DNA of 64,000 nt from Candidatus Rariloculaceae bacterium (GTDB taxonomy: Bacteria; Pseudomonadota; Gammaproteobacteria; Steroidobacterales; Rariloculaceae). Made by a program: the position numbers and the translations under genes. Positions 45,960 to 54,562 of the stretch are shown piece after piece. The DNA lies in contig OZ244860.1 in assembly GCA_965221035.1 (NCBI GenBank), forward strand, positions 3,312,641 through 3,376,640, given 5' to 3'. The notes beneath the pieces were generated by a model. It made no database searches and was not told the DNA's origin. It saw nothing but the letters and a program-made list of their open reading frames with translations. Each line of letters opens with the position of its first letter. The stretch's first letter is position 1.

Positions 45960-47429
45960 ATGAACCTTCTCAACCAGTATATCGGCGGCCAATGGAACGC
46001 GGCCGAAGCCCAGCGCACGTTCGAGGTCTTGAACCCGGCAACGGGAGAAACGTGGGCCCAGGCCCCGGATGCGTCCCGCAGCGACGCGAAGGCTGCGGTG
46101 GAAGCGGCGGCCCAGGCATCCGTGGCGTGGGCGGCCCTGCCTCATGCCGAGCGGGCCCGCCATCTCGCCAAGGCCGCGGATATTCTTGAGGTGCGCCAGC
46201 AGGAATTCGTCACGGCGCTTGTGGAGGAATCCGGTTCGTGGATCGGCAAGGCCATGTTCGAGTCCGGCTACGCAAGCGGCATCTATCGGGCCGCGGCGGC
46301 GTGCGCCTACCAGACCAATGGCGAAATTCTTCCGTCCGAGCACGGCAAGGTCAGCATGGCCGTGCGCCAACCCCTCGGGGTGGTGAGCGTGATTTCACCG
46401 TGGAATTTTCCGCTGCTGCTTTCATCGAGGGGGATTGCCGTCGCACTGGCGGTGGGCAACAGCGTGGTATTGAAACCGTCCGAGGAAACGCCCATGAGCG
46501 GCGGTACGCTGATCGCCGAGGTTCTGGCGGAAGCTGGCATTCCCGAGGGCGTATTCAATGTGGTGACGTGTTCGCGTGACAGCGTCGCGGAGGTGGGTGA
46601 CGAACTGGTCTCGAATCCGCATGTAGGCGCCATCAGCTTCACCGGTTCCACCGCCGTGGGCAGGCAGATCGCATCAAGGGCGGGCATGCTGCTGAAGAAG
46701 GCATGTATCGAGGCCGGCGGCAAGGACGCGCTACTTGTTCTGGACGACGCGGACATGGGTCAGGCTGTCAACGCCGCGACCTTCGGGACGTTCATGCACC
46801 AAGGCCAGATCTGCATGTCCGTGGAGCGAATCATCGTCGACGAAACCGTTGCGGACGAGTTTACGGAGCGCTTCGTGGCAAATACCAGGACGCTCAGGGC
46901 AGGGGACCCTCACGAGATCGGCAATGTCATCGGCCCGATCATCAATGATCGCCAGTTGCGGAAGATCGTCGAGCAGGTGGACGATGCCCGCGAAAAGGGC
47001 GCGGAGGTGCTTTGCGGCGGAACCAGCGAGGGACCGTACTACCACCCCACCGTGCTTTCCGGTGTCACACGGGAGATGAGAATCTACACCGAGGAAACAT
47101 TTGGTCCTGTGGCTCCGGTGATTCGGGCTTCCGGCGTCGACGAAGCCGTGGAGATCGCCAACGACTCCGAGTATGGGCTGTCCGCCGGCATCATCGGCCG
47201 GAACGAAGAGAGGGCGCTGGACGTCGCCAACCGGCTGCAGACCGGTATGGCGCACATCAACGACAGCTCGGTCAATGACGAGCCGCACGTGCCGTTCGGC
47301 GGAGTCAAGTGCAGCGGCCTGGGGCGCCATGGGGGGCGGGCGTCGGTCGAGACGTTCACGGAACAGCGCTGGATCACGCTGGAGCGGGGAGGTCGGCACT
47401 ATCCACCCCCCTTCGTGGAGAAGGGCTAG
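45960..47429 (+). CDS. NAD(P)-dependent aldehyde dehydrogenase
   Basis: 489 aa. VISPWNFP, GNSVVLKPSEETP, catalytic region FMHQGQICMSVERIIV, EETFGPV. Confidence 0.9.
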   Translation: MNLLNQYIGGQWNAAEAQRTFEVLNPATGETWAQAPDASRSDAKAAVEAAAQASVAWAALPHAERARHLAKAADILEVRQQEFVTALVEESGSWIGKAMFESGYASGIYRAAAACAYQTNGEILPSEHGKVSMAVRQPLGVVSVISPWNFPLLLSSRGIAVALAVGNSVVLKPSEETPMSGGTLIAEVLAEAGIPEGVFNVVTCSRDSVAEVGDELVSNPHVGAISFTGSTAVGRQIASRAGMLLKKACIEAGGKDALLVLDDADMGQAVNAATFGTFMHQGQICMSVERIIVDETVADEFTERFVANTRTLRAGDPHEIGNVIGPIINDRQLRKIVEQVDDAREKGAEVLCGGTSEGPYYHPTVLSGVTREMRIYTEETFGPVAPVIRASGVDEAVEIANDSEYGLSAGIIGRNEERALDVANRLQTGMAHINDSSVNDEPHVPFGGVKCSGLGRHGGRASVETFTEQRWITLERGGRHYPPPFVEKG

Positions 47430-47522
47430 AACACAAGCGATGGACCGGGTCCGTTCGAAAGGCGCGAACCGGTCGAGCTCCGGGATTCGAACCAGCATTC
47501 GAACCAGGATTCCGGGCCGGAG

Positions 47523-48149
47523 TCAGGGTTCGAACGCCACGCCCTCATCGGCCAGCGCCCTGGACACGCCGGGGTCGTCCAGCATGGTACTCACGAACCG
47601 TTCAAGGTGCGGGAAATCCCCCAGCCGGTTGGGAAACGCGCGCGCCGCCCAGCTTGAGAAAGTGAACAGATAGGCATCGATTACCGTTCTCCTGCCGGCG
47701 ATGACGTGGTCGCGTCCGTCCATGTGCCGGTCGGCGATCCCGTACAGGCGTTGAAGGTTGGCAAACGCGGCAGCGCGAATCGCCGGATGGGCGGATTCAT
47801 CGGGATGAAACCGCTGCGGCGCGAAGTACGGACGAAACCCCGGGTGCAGGTCGCCGCCCAGGAAACCGTGCCAATGGTTGAGCTCGTAGTGGCCCTCGGG
47901 TGTGGGATCGGGACCCAGGTTGGGCTGAGGATATTTCTCGATCAGGTACTTCTGGATGGCCGAGTTCTGAGTCAACGTGCGGTCGCCATCCACGAGCGCG
48001 GGGACGGCGCCGGCGGGATTCAGCCTGAGGTACTCGGGCGACCTGGTCCGCTCGCGCGTCACCGCCACGGCTTCGTATGGTTCGCCGATCCACTCGAGAA
48101 TGATATGAATGGCGAGGGAGCAGGCGCCTGGAAGGTAGTACAGTTTCAT
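47523..48149 (-). CDS. Glutathione S-transferase (beta/GstA-like)
   Basis: Start ATG 48149 gives MKLYYLPGACSLAIHIILEWIGEPYEAVAV, a classical bacterial GST N-terminus. The ATG overlaps the upstream ALDH stop (ATGA at 48149-48146). Confidence 0.85.
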   Translation of the reverse strand: MKLYYLPGACSLAIHIILEWIGEPYEAVAVTRERTRSPEYLRLNPAGAVPALVDGDRTLTQNSAIQKYLIEKYPQPNLGPDPTPEGHYELNHWHGFLGGDLHPGFRPYFAPQRFHPDESAHPAIRAAAFANLQRLYGIADRHMDGRDHVIAGRRTVIDAYLFTFSSWAARAFPNRLGDFPHLERFVSTMLDDPGVSRALADEGVAFEP

Positions 48150-49633
48150 TCGACTACCGCCGGAGCGCCGAAAGCGCGCTCTCCGGGCAGTTGCAGGGTG
48201 ATCAACTTCCACTCGGTCAGCGCCTCGATGTCCATTTCCGTGCCTTCCCGGCCGATGCCGCTGTCCTTGACCCCGCCGAAGGGCACGTGGGGTTCGTCGT
48301 AGAAGGTCGCGGCGTTGATGTGCACGGTGCCGGACTCAATGCCCCGAGCGTACAGCATGGCCTTGTCGATGTCCCTGGTCCAGATGGCGGCCGACAGCCC
48401 ATAGTTGGTGTCGTTGGCCAGCGCGAGTCCGTCCTCGAGTCCGTCCACAGGGTAGATCGCATCGACCGGCCCGAAAGTTTCTTCGCGGAACACGGTCATG
48501 CCTTCCTTGACGCCGGTCAGGATCGTCGGTTGACAGCGGTTGCCTGCCCATTCGCCGCCGGCGACCACCGTGGCGCCCTTGGCGCGGGCATCCTCGATAT
48601 GCGAACGCACGCGGTTTCTCTGCCGTTCCGAGATGATGGGTCCCACCCAGGTCGTGGGGTCGCGCAAGTCGCCCATCTGGTGCTCCGCGGCGTGTTCCGC
48701 CCTGGCCCTGAGCTTGTCCACGAATTCCTCGAAGATGGGCCGCTCCACCAGCACCCGACTGGTCACCATGCAGCCCTGCCCCTGGAAAAAGAAGCACGCC
48801 ATGGCGGCGGCATCCACCGCGGCGTCCACGTCCGCGTCGGCCAGCACCAGGGAGGGGCTCTTGCCGCCGAGCTCGAGCACGCAGCGCTTCATGTGCCGGC
48901 CACACAGGGCGGAAATGTGCTTGCCGATGGCGCTTGATCCGGTGAACAGGATGGCCTTCACCAATGGATGCGTGGTCAGGCTGTCGCCGATGTCGGCGCC
49001 GAAGCCGGTGATGACGTTGAACGTGCCGGGCGGGAAGCCAGCCTCCTCATAGACGCGCCCCATCATCAGCACGGACCTGGGCGTGAATTCGGATGCCAGG
49101 CTCACCACCGTATTGCCCGTGGCCAGGGCGCCGGCACTGAGTTTGGCGGCCTTCAGAAAGGGCACATTGAACGGCGTGATGCTTCCCACGACGCCCAGCG
49201 GTTCGCGCACGCTCATCACCATGCGGCCGGGATTGTCCGAAGGGTGCGTCTCGCCGGAGATTCGGCGGGTGATGCCGGCGGCCGAACGGAGGTAGTCGGC
49301 AGCGGCCATGGTTTCAAATCGCGCCTTGATGATGGGTGAACCGTTCTCGGTGACGATGGTGTCGGCGATGCCGTCGCGGTCGCGCTCTACGATGTCAGCG
49401 GCGCGGGCAAGCCACTGTTCGCGCTGGCGCGGGGTGGTCTGGCGGTAGGCCCGAAAGGCTTCGTGGGCCGTTCGCACGGCGCGATCCATGTCATCGGCGG
49501 TGGCTTCCGCTGCCCGGCAGAAAACCGTGTCGTCGGCGGGGTCCAGATCGTCGAAGTACCTGCCGCTGGACGAGGGCGTGTGCTCCCCGCCGATCCACAG
49601 TTCCAATTGGTCGATGTCGTTGTGTGTCGTCAT
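48146..49633 (-). CDS. NAD(P)-dependent aldehyde dehydrogenase
   Basis: 495 aa. ITPFNVPF, VLELGGKSPSLV, catalytic FFFQGQGCMVTSRVLV, EETFGPV. Confidence 0.9.
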   Translation of the reverse strand: MTTHNDIDQLELWIGGEHTPSSSGRYFDDLDPADDTVFCRAAEATADDMDRAVRTAHEAFRAYRQTTPRQREQWLARAADIVERDRDGIADTIVTENGSPIIKARFETMAAADYLRSAAGITRRISGETHPSDNPGRMVMSVREPLGVVGSITPFNVPFLKAAKLSAGALATGNTVVSLASEFTPRSVLMMGRVYEEAGFPPGTFNVITGFGADIGDSLTTHPLVKAILFTGSSAIGKHISALCGRHMKRCVLELGGKSPSLVLADADVDAAVDAAAMACFFFQGQGCMVTSRVLVERPIFEEFVDKLRARAEHAAEHQMGDLRDPTTWVGPIISERQRNRVRSHIEDARAKGATVVAGGEWAGNRCQPTILTGVKEGMTVFREETFGPVDAIYPVDGLEDGLALANDTNYGLSAAIWTRDIDKAMLYARGIESGTVHINAATFYDEPHVPFGGVKDSGIGREGTEMDIEALTEWKLITLQLPGERAFGAPAVVE

Positions 49634-49900
49634 GATTCAAGGCGCAACGCAACGCGATGCGGAGGCGAGAATAGCACCGGCGCCTCATTCGATCCCGCTC
49701 CGGGCGGACATCAGACATTTTTTTTCGTGATGGCCGCGAATTGTCGCGAGGCATGTCCCGGCCGCGTCTCCTTGCCGACCGGGTAGCCATTGGCGTAATG
49801 AATGAACCCCCATTATCAATATCCATTTCTGGTAACAGGACAGAACTCACTACAATGTCTCGCATGCATCATTGTGATTCCCAGTGGACCAGGAGACCTC

Positions 49901-50932
49901 GTGGCTGATCTCGTGTTCGGTTTCGGTACGTCCCATGGGCCGTTGCTGACCATCGATCCGGAGATCTGGGAGCGCAGCAGGACTGCCGACATGATGGAGA
50001 TTCCGCGAATCCATTTTCGCGGCAATACCTATTCCTGGGAGGAACTGCTGGCACTGCGTGGCGCCGCGAATTTCGCAGAGCAGAATACGCTGGCGGCCCG
50101 TCAGGCCGCGTTCGCGGACTGTCAGCGGGCGCTGGATGCGCTCGCCGATCGCATCCGCGAAGCGCATCTGGATGCCATGATCATCATCGGAGACGATCAC
50201 TACGAATACTTTCGCCGGGACATTCAGCCGCCGTTCGCGGTGTATTGCGGTGACAGTCTCGTCAACTGCGGATTCGATCCCGACGCGAAGACCGACTTGC
50301 CGGAGGCGGTCTGCGAGATTCTCGCGGCGAGTTGTCCGCCGCAGGATGAGGCTTACCCGATCGCTTCGGAGCTGGCCCTGGAAATCATCACCCAGGGCAT
50401 CCGCGACGGATTCGATGTGACGTCTTCGGAAGTCCAGCCCGTTGATCCGGAAGGGCTGCGGGGAATCGGCCACGCCGTCGGGTTCATCGTCCGGCGCCTG
50501 CTGGACGACCGACCGATGGCGCTGGTGCCCGTGCTGATGAACACCTACTTCGAGCCCAACCAGCCGCCGGTCAAGCGATGTTTCGACTTCGGGCGCTCCA
50601 TGGGAAGGGCGGTGAAGACCTGGAAAAGGGATGCTCGCGTGGCGGTCGCCGGTTCCGGCGGCCTGACGCACTTCGCGATCGACGAGGAGCTGGACAGGCG
50701 GTTGTTGCGGGCATTGCAGCAACGCGACCTGGACACACTGCTGTCGGTGCCGGAGAACGTGCTGCAGTCAGGCACCTCGGAATACAAGAACTGGATTGCC
50801 GCCCTCGGCGTACTGTGGGAGACGGGCCTCGAAATGGACCTGATCGACTATGTGCCCTGCTACCGGTCGCAAGCCGGAACGGGAGCCGGAATGGGTTTTG
50901 CCGCCTGGACTCCGGTCGGAACGGGCGGATGA
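49901..50932 (+). CDS. Class III extradiol ring-cleavage dioxygenase family protein (LigB-like)
   Basis: GTG 49901 lies 5 nt after AGGAG and gives VADLVFGFGTSHGPLL. GDDHYE and AGSGGLTHF strings fit the LigB fold. The ORF-track ATG 49802 adds 33 aa with no support. Confidence 0.6.
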   Translation: MADLVFGFGTSHGPLLTIDPEIWERSRTADMMEIPRIHFRGNTYSWEELLALRGAANFAEQNTLAARQAAFADCQRALDALADRIREAHLDAMIIIGDDHYEYFRRDIQPPFAVYCGDSLVNCGFDPDAKTDLPEAVCEILAASCPPQDEAYPIASELALEIITQGIRDGFDVTSSEVQPVDPEGLRGIGHAVGFIVRRLLDDRPMALVPVLMNTYFEPNQPPVKRCFDFGRSMGRAVKTWKRDARVAVAGSGGLTHFAIDEELDRRLLRALQQRDLDTLLSVPENVLQSGTSEYKNWIAALGVLWETGLEMDLIDYVPCYRSQAGTGAGMGFAAWTPVGTGG

Positions 50933-51405
50933 GCGGACGGGTTGCCAACGTGCCGAGGGCGTTGCGCCCGGTGGATGACGAAGAGCGACGCCGCATCGAG
51001 CGGGAATGCCGAGAAATCATGGTCCGGATGGGTCAGCACCTGGATTCGGGGCGTTTTGAGGAGTTTGTCGACTTCTTTACCGACGATGCCAGATGGCGCC
51101 GTCGCGGCAAGGAACTGAAGGGCAGGGACGCGATCCTCGCGCAAGTCCGCAAGCGTTCTCCGACGCTGATTCTCCGCCACGTGTTTACCAATTTCGTGGT
51201 GGATGTTCACGACGGGAACCACGCCCACTGCCAAGCGTACATGCTCGGCTTCCGGTACGACAACGGCAAGGTTGTGAGCTCTCCGCCGCCGTTTCGGGAT
51301 GCCAACCGGGCACTTTGGATATACCACGACGATCTGGTCCGCACCGAAGCCGGCTGGAAGGTTGCCCGGCGCAGCGCCGAGCGGATATTCGAAGACCCGG
51401 AATAA
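50929..51405 (+). CDS. SnoaL/NTF2-like fold protein
   Basis: ATG 50929 overlaps the LigB-like stop (ATGA). 158 aa. FEEFVDFFTDDARWRRRGKELKGRDAIL and RHVFTNFVVDV are typical of SnoaL-4/ring-hydroxylating beta-subunit-like domains. Confidence 0.6.
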   Translation: MSGRVANVPRALRPVDDEERRRIERECREIMVRMGQHLDSGRFEEFVDFFTDDARWRRRGKELKGRDAILAQVRKRSPTLILRHVFTNFVVDVHDGNHAHCQAYMLGFRYDNGKVVSSPPPFRDANRALWIYHDDLVRTEAGWKVARRSAERIFEDPE

Positions 51406-51450
51406 GCCAGGCGCCCGCATCTTGGCGAGGTTTCGCCTGGAGCGGTTGCT

Positions 51451-52149
51451 CTATGCAGCTCTGGTGGTGTTTGGCGGATCCCCGGGTGGGGGCGGTTCGG
51501 GCAAAGGCGTCAGGTCCCTGCGCATGAACACTGCTTCGAGCAGGCCTTCTATCCGAGCCAATCGCTCTCGCAATTCGCCCAATTCCTTTCGCTGCCCGGC
51601 CATTTCGCTGCTTTGCGAATCGAATCCGCGCCTCATTTCCTCGCGCTGCGACTCCAGTGCGTCCAGCGTATGCTTGCTGTGCGACTCCAAAGCGCCTTGC
51701 ATATCCTTGCGGTGCGACTCCAATGCGTCCTGCGTACGCTTGCGGTGAGACTCCAACGCGTCGTGCGTATGCATACGGTGCGACTCCAATGCGCCTTGCA
51801 TATCCTTGCGGTGCGACTCCAATGCGCCTTGCATATCCTCGCGGTGCGACTCCAATGCACCTTGCATATCCTCGCGGTGCAACTCAAATGCATGCAGCAA
51901 CTGCTCTCGGTGCGACTCCATTGCACCCTGCGTATGCGTGCGATGCGACTCCAACCCGACCTGCATCTCCTTGCGCTGCGACTCCAACCCGTCCTGCATC
52001 TCCTTGCGGTGCGTCGCCAACGCATCCTGCAGATCCTTGCGCTGCAAGTTCATTTCCTTGCGCAGTTCGCGGATGTCCTGTCGCAGCCACGCGAACTGGC
52101 CAAGCACGAGCGCACCCAGCGCGATGAAACCTGCAAGCGTCATATTCAC
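51451..52149 (-). CDS. Membrane-anchored His-rich protein built from ~14 tandem 11-residue repeats (consensus MQGALESHRKD)
   Basis: N-terminal TM helix MNMTLAGFIALGALVLGQFAWL. Then repeated units: LQDALATHRKE MQDGLESQRKE MQVGLESHRTH ... MQGALESHRED MQGALESHRKD MQGALESHRMH ... The tail is RERLARIEGLLEAVF plus a Pro-rich end. This is the only frame with a start, a TM anchor and non-degenerate composition. Confidence 0.7.
   Translation of the reverse strand: MNMTLAGFIALGALVLGQFAWLRQDIRELRKEMNLQRKDLQDALATHRKEMQDGLESQRKEMQVGLESHRTHTQGAMESHREQLLHAFELHREDMQGALESHREDMQGALESHRKDMQGALESHRMHTHDALESHRKRTQDALESHRKDMQGALESHSKHTLDALESQREEMRRGFDSQSSEMAGQRKELGELRERLARIEGLLEAVFMRRDLTPLPEPPPPGDPPNTTRAA
51615..52076. 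repeat. 33-bp tandem repeat array, ~14 units (well conserved 51648-52010)
   Basis: The unit start GCGACTCCA recurs at 51648, 51681, 51714, 51747, 51780, 51813, 51846, 51879, 51912, 51945 and 51978, exactly 33 nt apart. Degenerate units lie at 51615, 52011 and 52044. The units at 51681 and 51780 are identical, and 51813 differs from them by 1 nt. All six frames are open across the array. Confidence 0.95.
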
Positions 52150-52269
52150 GGGCGCATCGTAGCACGCCCGTTCGCGCCCAGCGGCATGTAGAAACTGCCC
52201 GATTTATCCAGATTTCCGTCTTGCAGTTTTGCCGAGAATGAGCATGCCCCACGCCAGCGCGGCCCCGGA

Positions 52270-53163
52270 TCAACTCAGCAGAAACTCGATGTGCGCCCGG
52301 TTGAAGGCCTCGGGCTCTTCCCACTGTGGCCAGTGGGCGCTGTTTTCCAGCACGACGACCTGTGCGCAGGGAATGGATCCCGCAGCCTTGCGGGCGAGTT
52401 CCAGAGGTTGCCCGGGGTTGTGATTCGTCCAAAGCAACAGGGTCGGGCAGGTCAGTTCCCGCAGTTGATCCGGGCGGTACCAGGTCTTCTGGCTTACGGG
52501 GTCGATCAGCCCGCCGATGGCCCGTTCGGTGAGCTTGCGGATGGCAGCTGCGCGTCCCGGCTGCGAATAGATCAGAAACCGGGTCTCCAGGAGTTCTTCC
52601 GTCAGGCTTGCCTCATCCAGAAACAGCCACTTCATGCGCATGGCGAGCGCTTCCCGGGTGGGCGTGCCGGTGGCCTTGCGCGAACGCGCCAGGAAGTCCT
52701 TCATCTGGTTGACACCCTGCGGAGTATCCGGCGACAGGGGCAGCCCGGTGTTGAGTACGAGCTTGCCAACGCGATGCGGGTGCTTGAGCGCGAACCACGC
52801 GGCAACCGAGCCGCCGAGGGATTCACCGGACAGGTGCGCGGTGTCGATGCCCATGGCGTTCATCAGGTCGAGCAGGTGGTCGACGTAATCCTGCTCGGCA
52901 TAGTCGATGTCGGGCGCATCGGTATAGCCGTGCCCGACCATGTCGAATGCGATCGTCCGGAAATGTTCCGTGTGGGCGGCGATGTTGCGGCTGTACGCTT
53001 CGGCGTGGCCGCCGGTCCCGTGCAGCAGCAACAACGGGAAACCTGAACCCGCTTCAATGACGCGGGTGCGGATGCCGCCGGCGTCGACAAACGTCTGCCT
53101 CAGGTCAACGCCTTGAAGGTTGTTCCAGATGGAAGATTGCATTTTGCTGGATGTCTCTCTCAA
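52270..53163 (-). CDS. Alpha/beta-hydrolase, meta-cleavage-product (C-C bond) hydrolase-like (BphD/MhpC type)
   Basis: FPLLLLHGTGGHAEAY, nucleophile elbow LSGESLGGSVA, and the C-terminal ENSAHWPQWEEPEAFN. Confidence 0.75.
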   Translation of the reverse strand: MRETSSKMQSSIWNNLQGVDLRQTFVDAGGIRTRVIEAGSGFPLLLLHGTGGHAEAYSRNIAAHTEHFRTIAFDMVGHGYTDAPDIDYAEQDYVDHLLDLMNAMGIDTAHLSGESLGGSVAAWFALKHPHRVGKLVLNTGLPLSPDTPQGVNQMKDFLARSRKATGTPTREALAMRMKWLFLDEASLTEELLETRFLIYSQPGRAAAIRKLTERAIGGLIDPVSQKTWYRPDQLRELTCPTLLLWTNHNPGQPLELARKAAGSIPCAQVVVLENSAHWPQWEEPEAFNRAHIEFLLS

Positions 53164-53238
53164 TTCGCCTCGATTGTTGTCGCTCGAAAAGTCTGGCTCG
53201 CCGTTCCCGGGCCCGATGGCTGGCTGTCCCGATGCGGC

Positions 53239-54486
53239 TCAATCCGCCGCCGGGCGGTTGGCGCGCACGTCTTCCAGCGACCAGGCGAGTACGGCTCCCG
53301 CCAGCATCAGTACCACCGGCACCAGCATGGTGGCCTGCAGCCCGGCAGTCACGGCAATCGCGCCTACCGCGTAGGTGGTGAATCCGGCGCCGAGAATTTC
53401 GCCGACGGCGTTGGCGGCGCCGGTGGCCGTGACCGCGTCCCGTGGGTTGACGGCCTCGGCCGGAATCACGCCCACCGCCAGCGGGGAGACCGCGCCGCCG
53501 CAGAACATGAATCCGAAGACGCTGATGAGCAGTATCACGTAGGGTACGTCCGCCGGCAGGCGGGCGAAGATGAGCCCGAACACCATCGCTGCCAGGAATG
53601 CGTACATGACGACCTTGCGCCGGTGACCGGTGCGGTCGGCGATCCAGGTGAAGGCGAATCCGCCCAGACCGTCCGCCAGCAGTGCGGCGCTGACGGTGAG
53701 GGGGATCACAGGGCCTTCCAGCATGAAGTATCCGCCGTTGGCCACATCGCTGCCCAGCAGGAACAGGCCGAACACCATGAACGTGAACACGCGGCCCATG
53801 CTGCAGATCGACATCAGCGCGCTGATCCAGACGTTTCTCGTCCGCAGGATTGTCATCAGCGGCGCTCGTTCACCTCCGTCCCGGCGGTTATCCGAGGTTG
53901 CCCGCTCCAGGGCCGGTTCGCCGAAAAAGAAAAGCAGCAGGAGCACCACGACGAGCATGGGTCCGGCGGCAATGAAAAAACCCGTACGCCAACCGTAGCT
54001 GTTGGCGATTCCGTCGAGCAGCGGTGGCGCCAGAACCATGCCGAGTATGATGAAGGCGATGAACATCAACGAAACCACGCGCGCCCGGGCGGGTGGCGGT
54101 GCGGTGCGGCGCGCGGCGTTCATGATCGGCGACAGCACGCCGCCTTCGGCAAGTCCGAGCGCGGTGCGGATGGCGATGAAGATCGCGATGGTCGCGGCCA
54201 ACCCCGAAACCCATCCAAGAACCGCGGTGATCGCACCGAAGATCAGCAGCATGGGCTTGGTGCCGTGCCGGTCCGCCAGCCTTCCCGCCAGCAGCGATCC
54301 CACGCCCCAGGCGACGGCAAACGCCAGCGCGATGGAGCCGACGCCGCCCAGGTTGAGTCCGAATTCGGCGGCGATGTGCGGCCCGAGGAAGGACGATGCA
54401 TTGCGCTGCAGGCCCACCAGCCCCCACATCAGCATCAGCAGGGCGACGCCGAAAACCCAATTGCCGCGAGACGAAGCCTCTTGCAT
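53239..54486 (-). CDS. MFS transporter
   Basis: Start ATG 54486 (MQEASSRGNWVFGVALLMLMW...). A 415-aa 12-TM-type sequence with the loop GRLADRHGTKPM. Confidence 0.8.
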   Translation of the reverse strand: MQEASSRGNWVFGVALLMLMWGLVGLQRNASSFLGPHIAAEFGLNLGGVGSIALAFAVAWGVGSLLAGRLADRHGTKPMLLIFGAITAVLGWVSGLAATIAIFIAIRTALGLAEGGVLSPIMNAARRTAPPPARARVVSLMFIAFIILGMVLAPPLLDGIANSYGWRTGFFIAAGPMLVVVLLLLFFFGEPALERATSDNRRDGGERAPLMTILRTRNVWISALMSICSMGRVFTFMVFGLFLLGSDVANGGYFMLEGPVIPLTVSAALLADGLGGFAFTWIADRTGHRRKVVMYAFLAAMVFGLIFARLPADVPYVILLISVFGFMFCGGAVSPLAVGVIPAEAVNPRDAVTATGAANAVGEILGAGFTTYAVGAIAVTAGLQATMLVPVVLMLAGAVLAWSLEDVRANRPAAD

Positions 54487-54562
54487 GTCAATCCCCTTGT
54501 CCGATGGCCGAGCGGACCGCGGGTCGTCCCGCCCGATTCTCATGGCGTCGGCCGACCGCCGT

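Noticed and set aside
47465-47522. tRNA-like T-loop strings (GGTTCGAAT twice on the minus strand: cctGGTTCGAATgctGGTTCGAATccc)
   Set aside because: The flanking bases do not form a T-stem or an acceptor stem, and no anticodon arm can be built. This is probably a chance 12-bp duplication in a convergent intergenic spacer. A tRNA-fragment att-site scar cannot be excluded without a tRNAscan or BLAST check.
51613-52191. Five alternative long ORFs over the 33-bp repeat (for example 51613..52191 plus, 51633..52025 minus, 51657..52127 plus)
   Set aside because: They are open only because the repeat unit lacks stops in every frame. They lack a start context, a TM anchor or a sensible flanking sequence. 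The frame 51451..52149 has all three.
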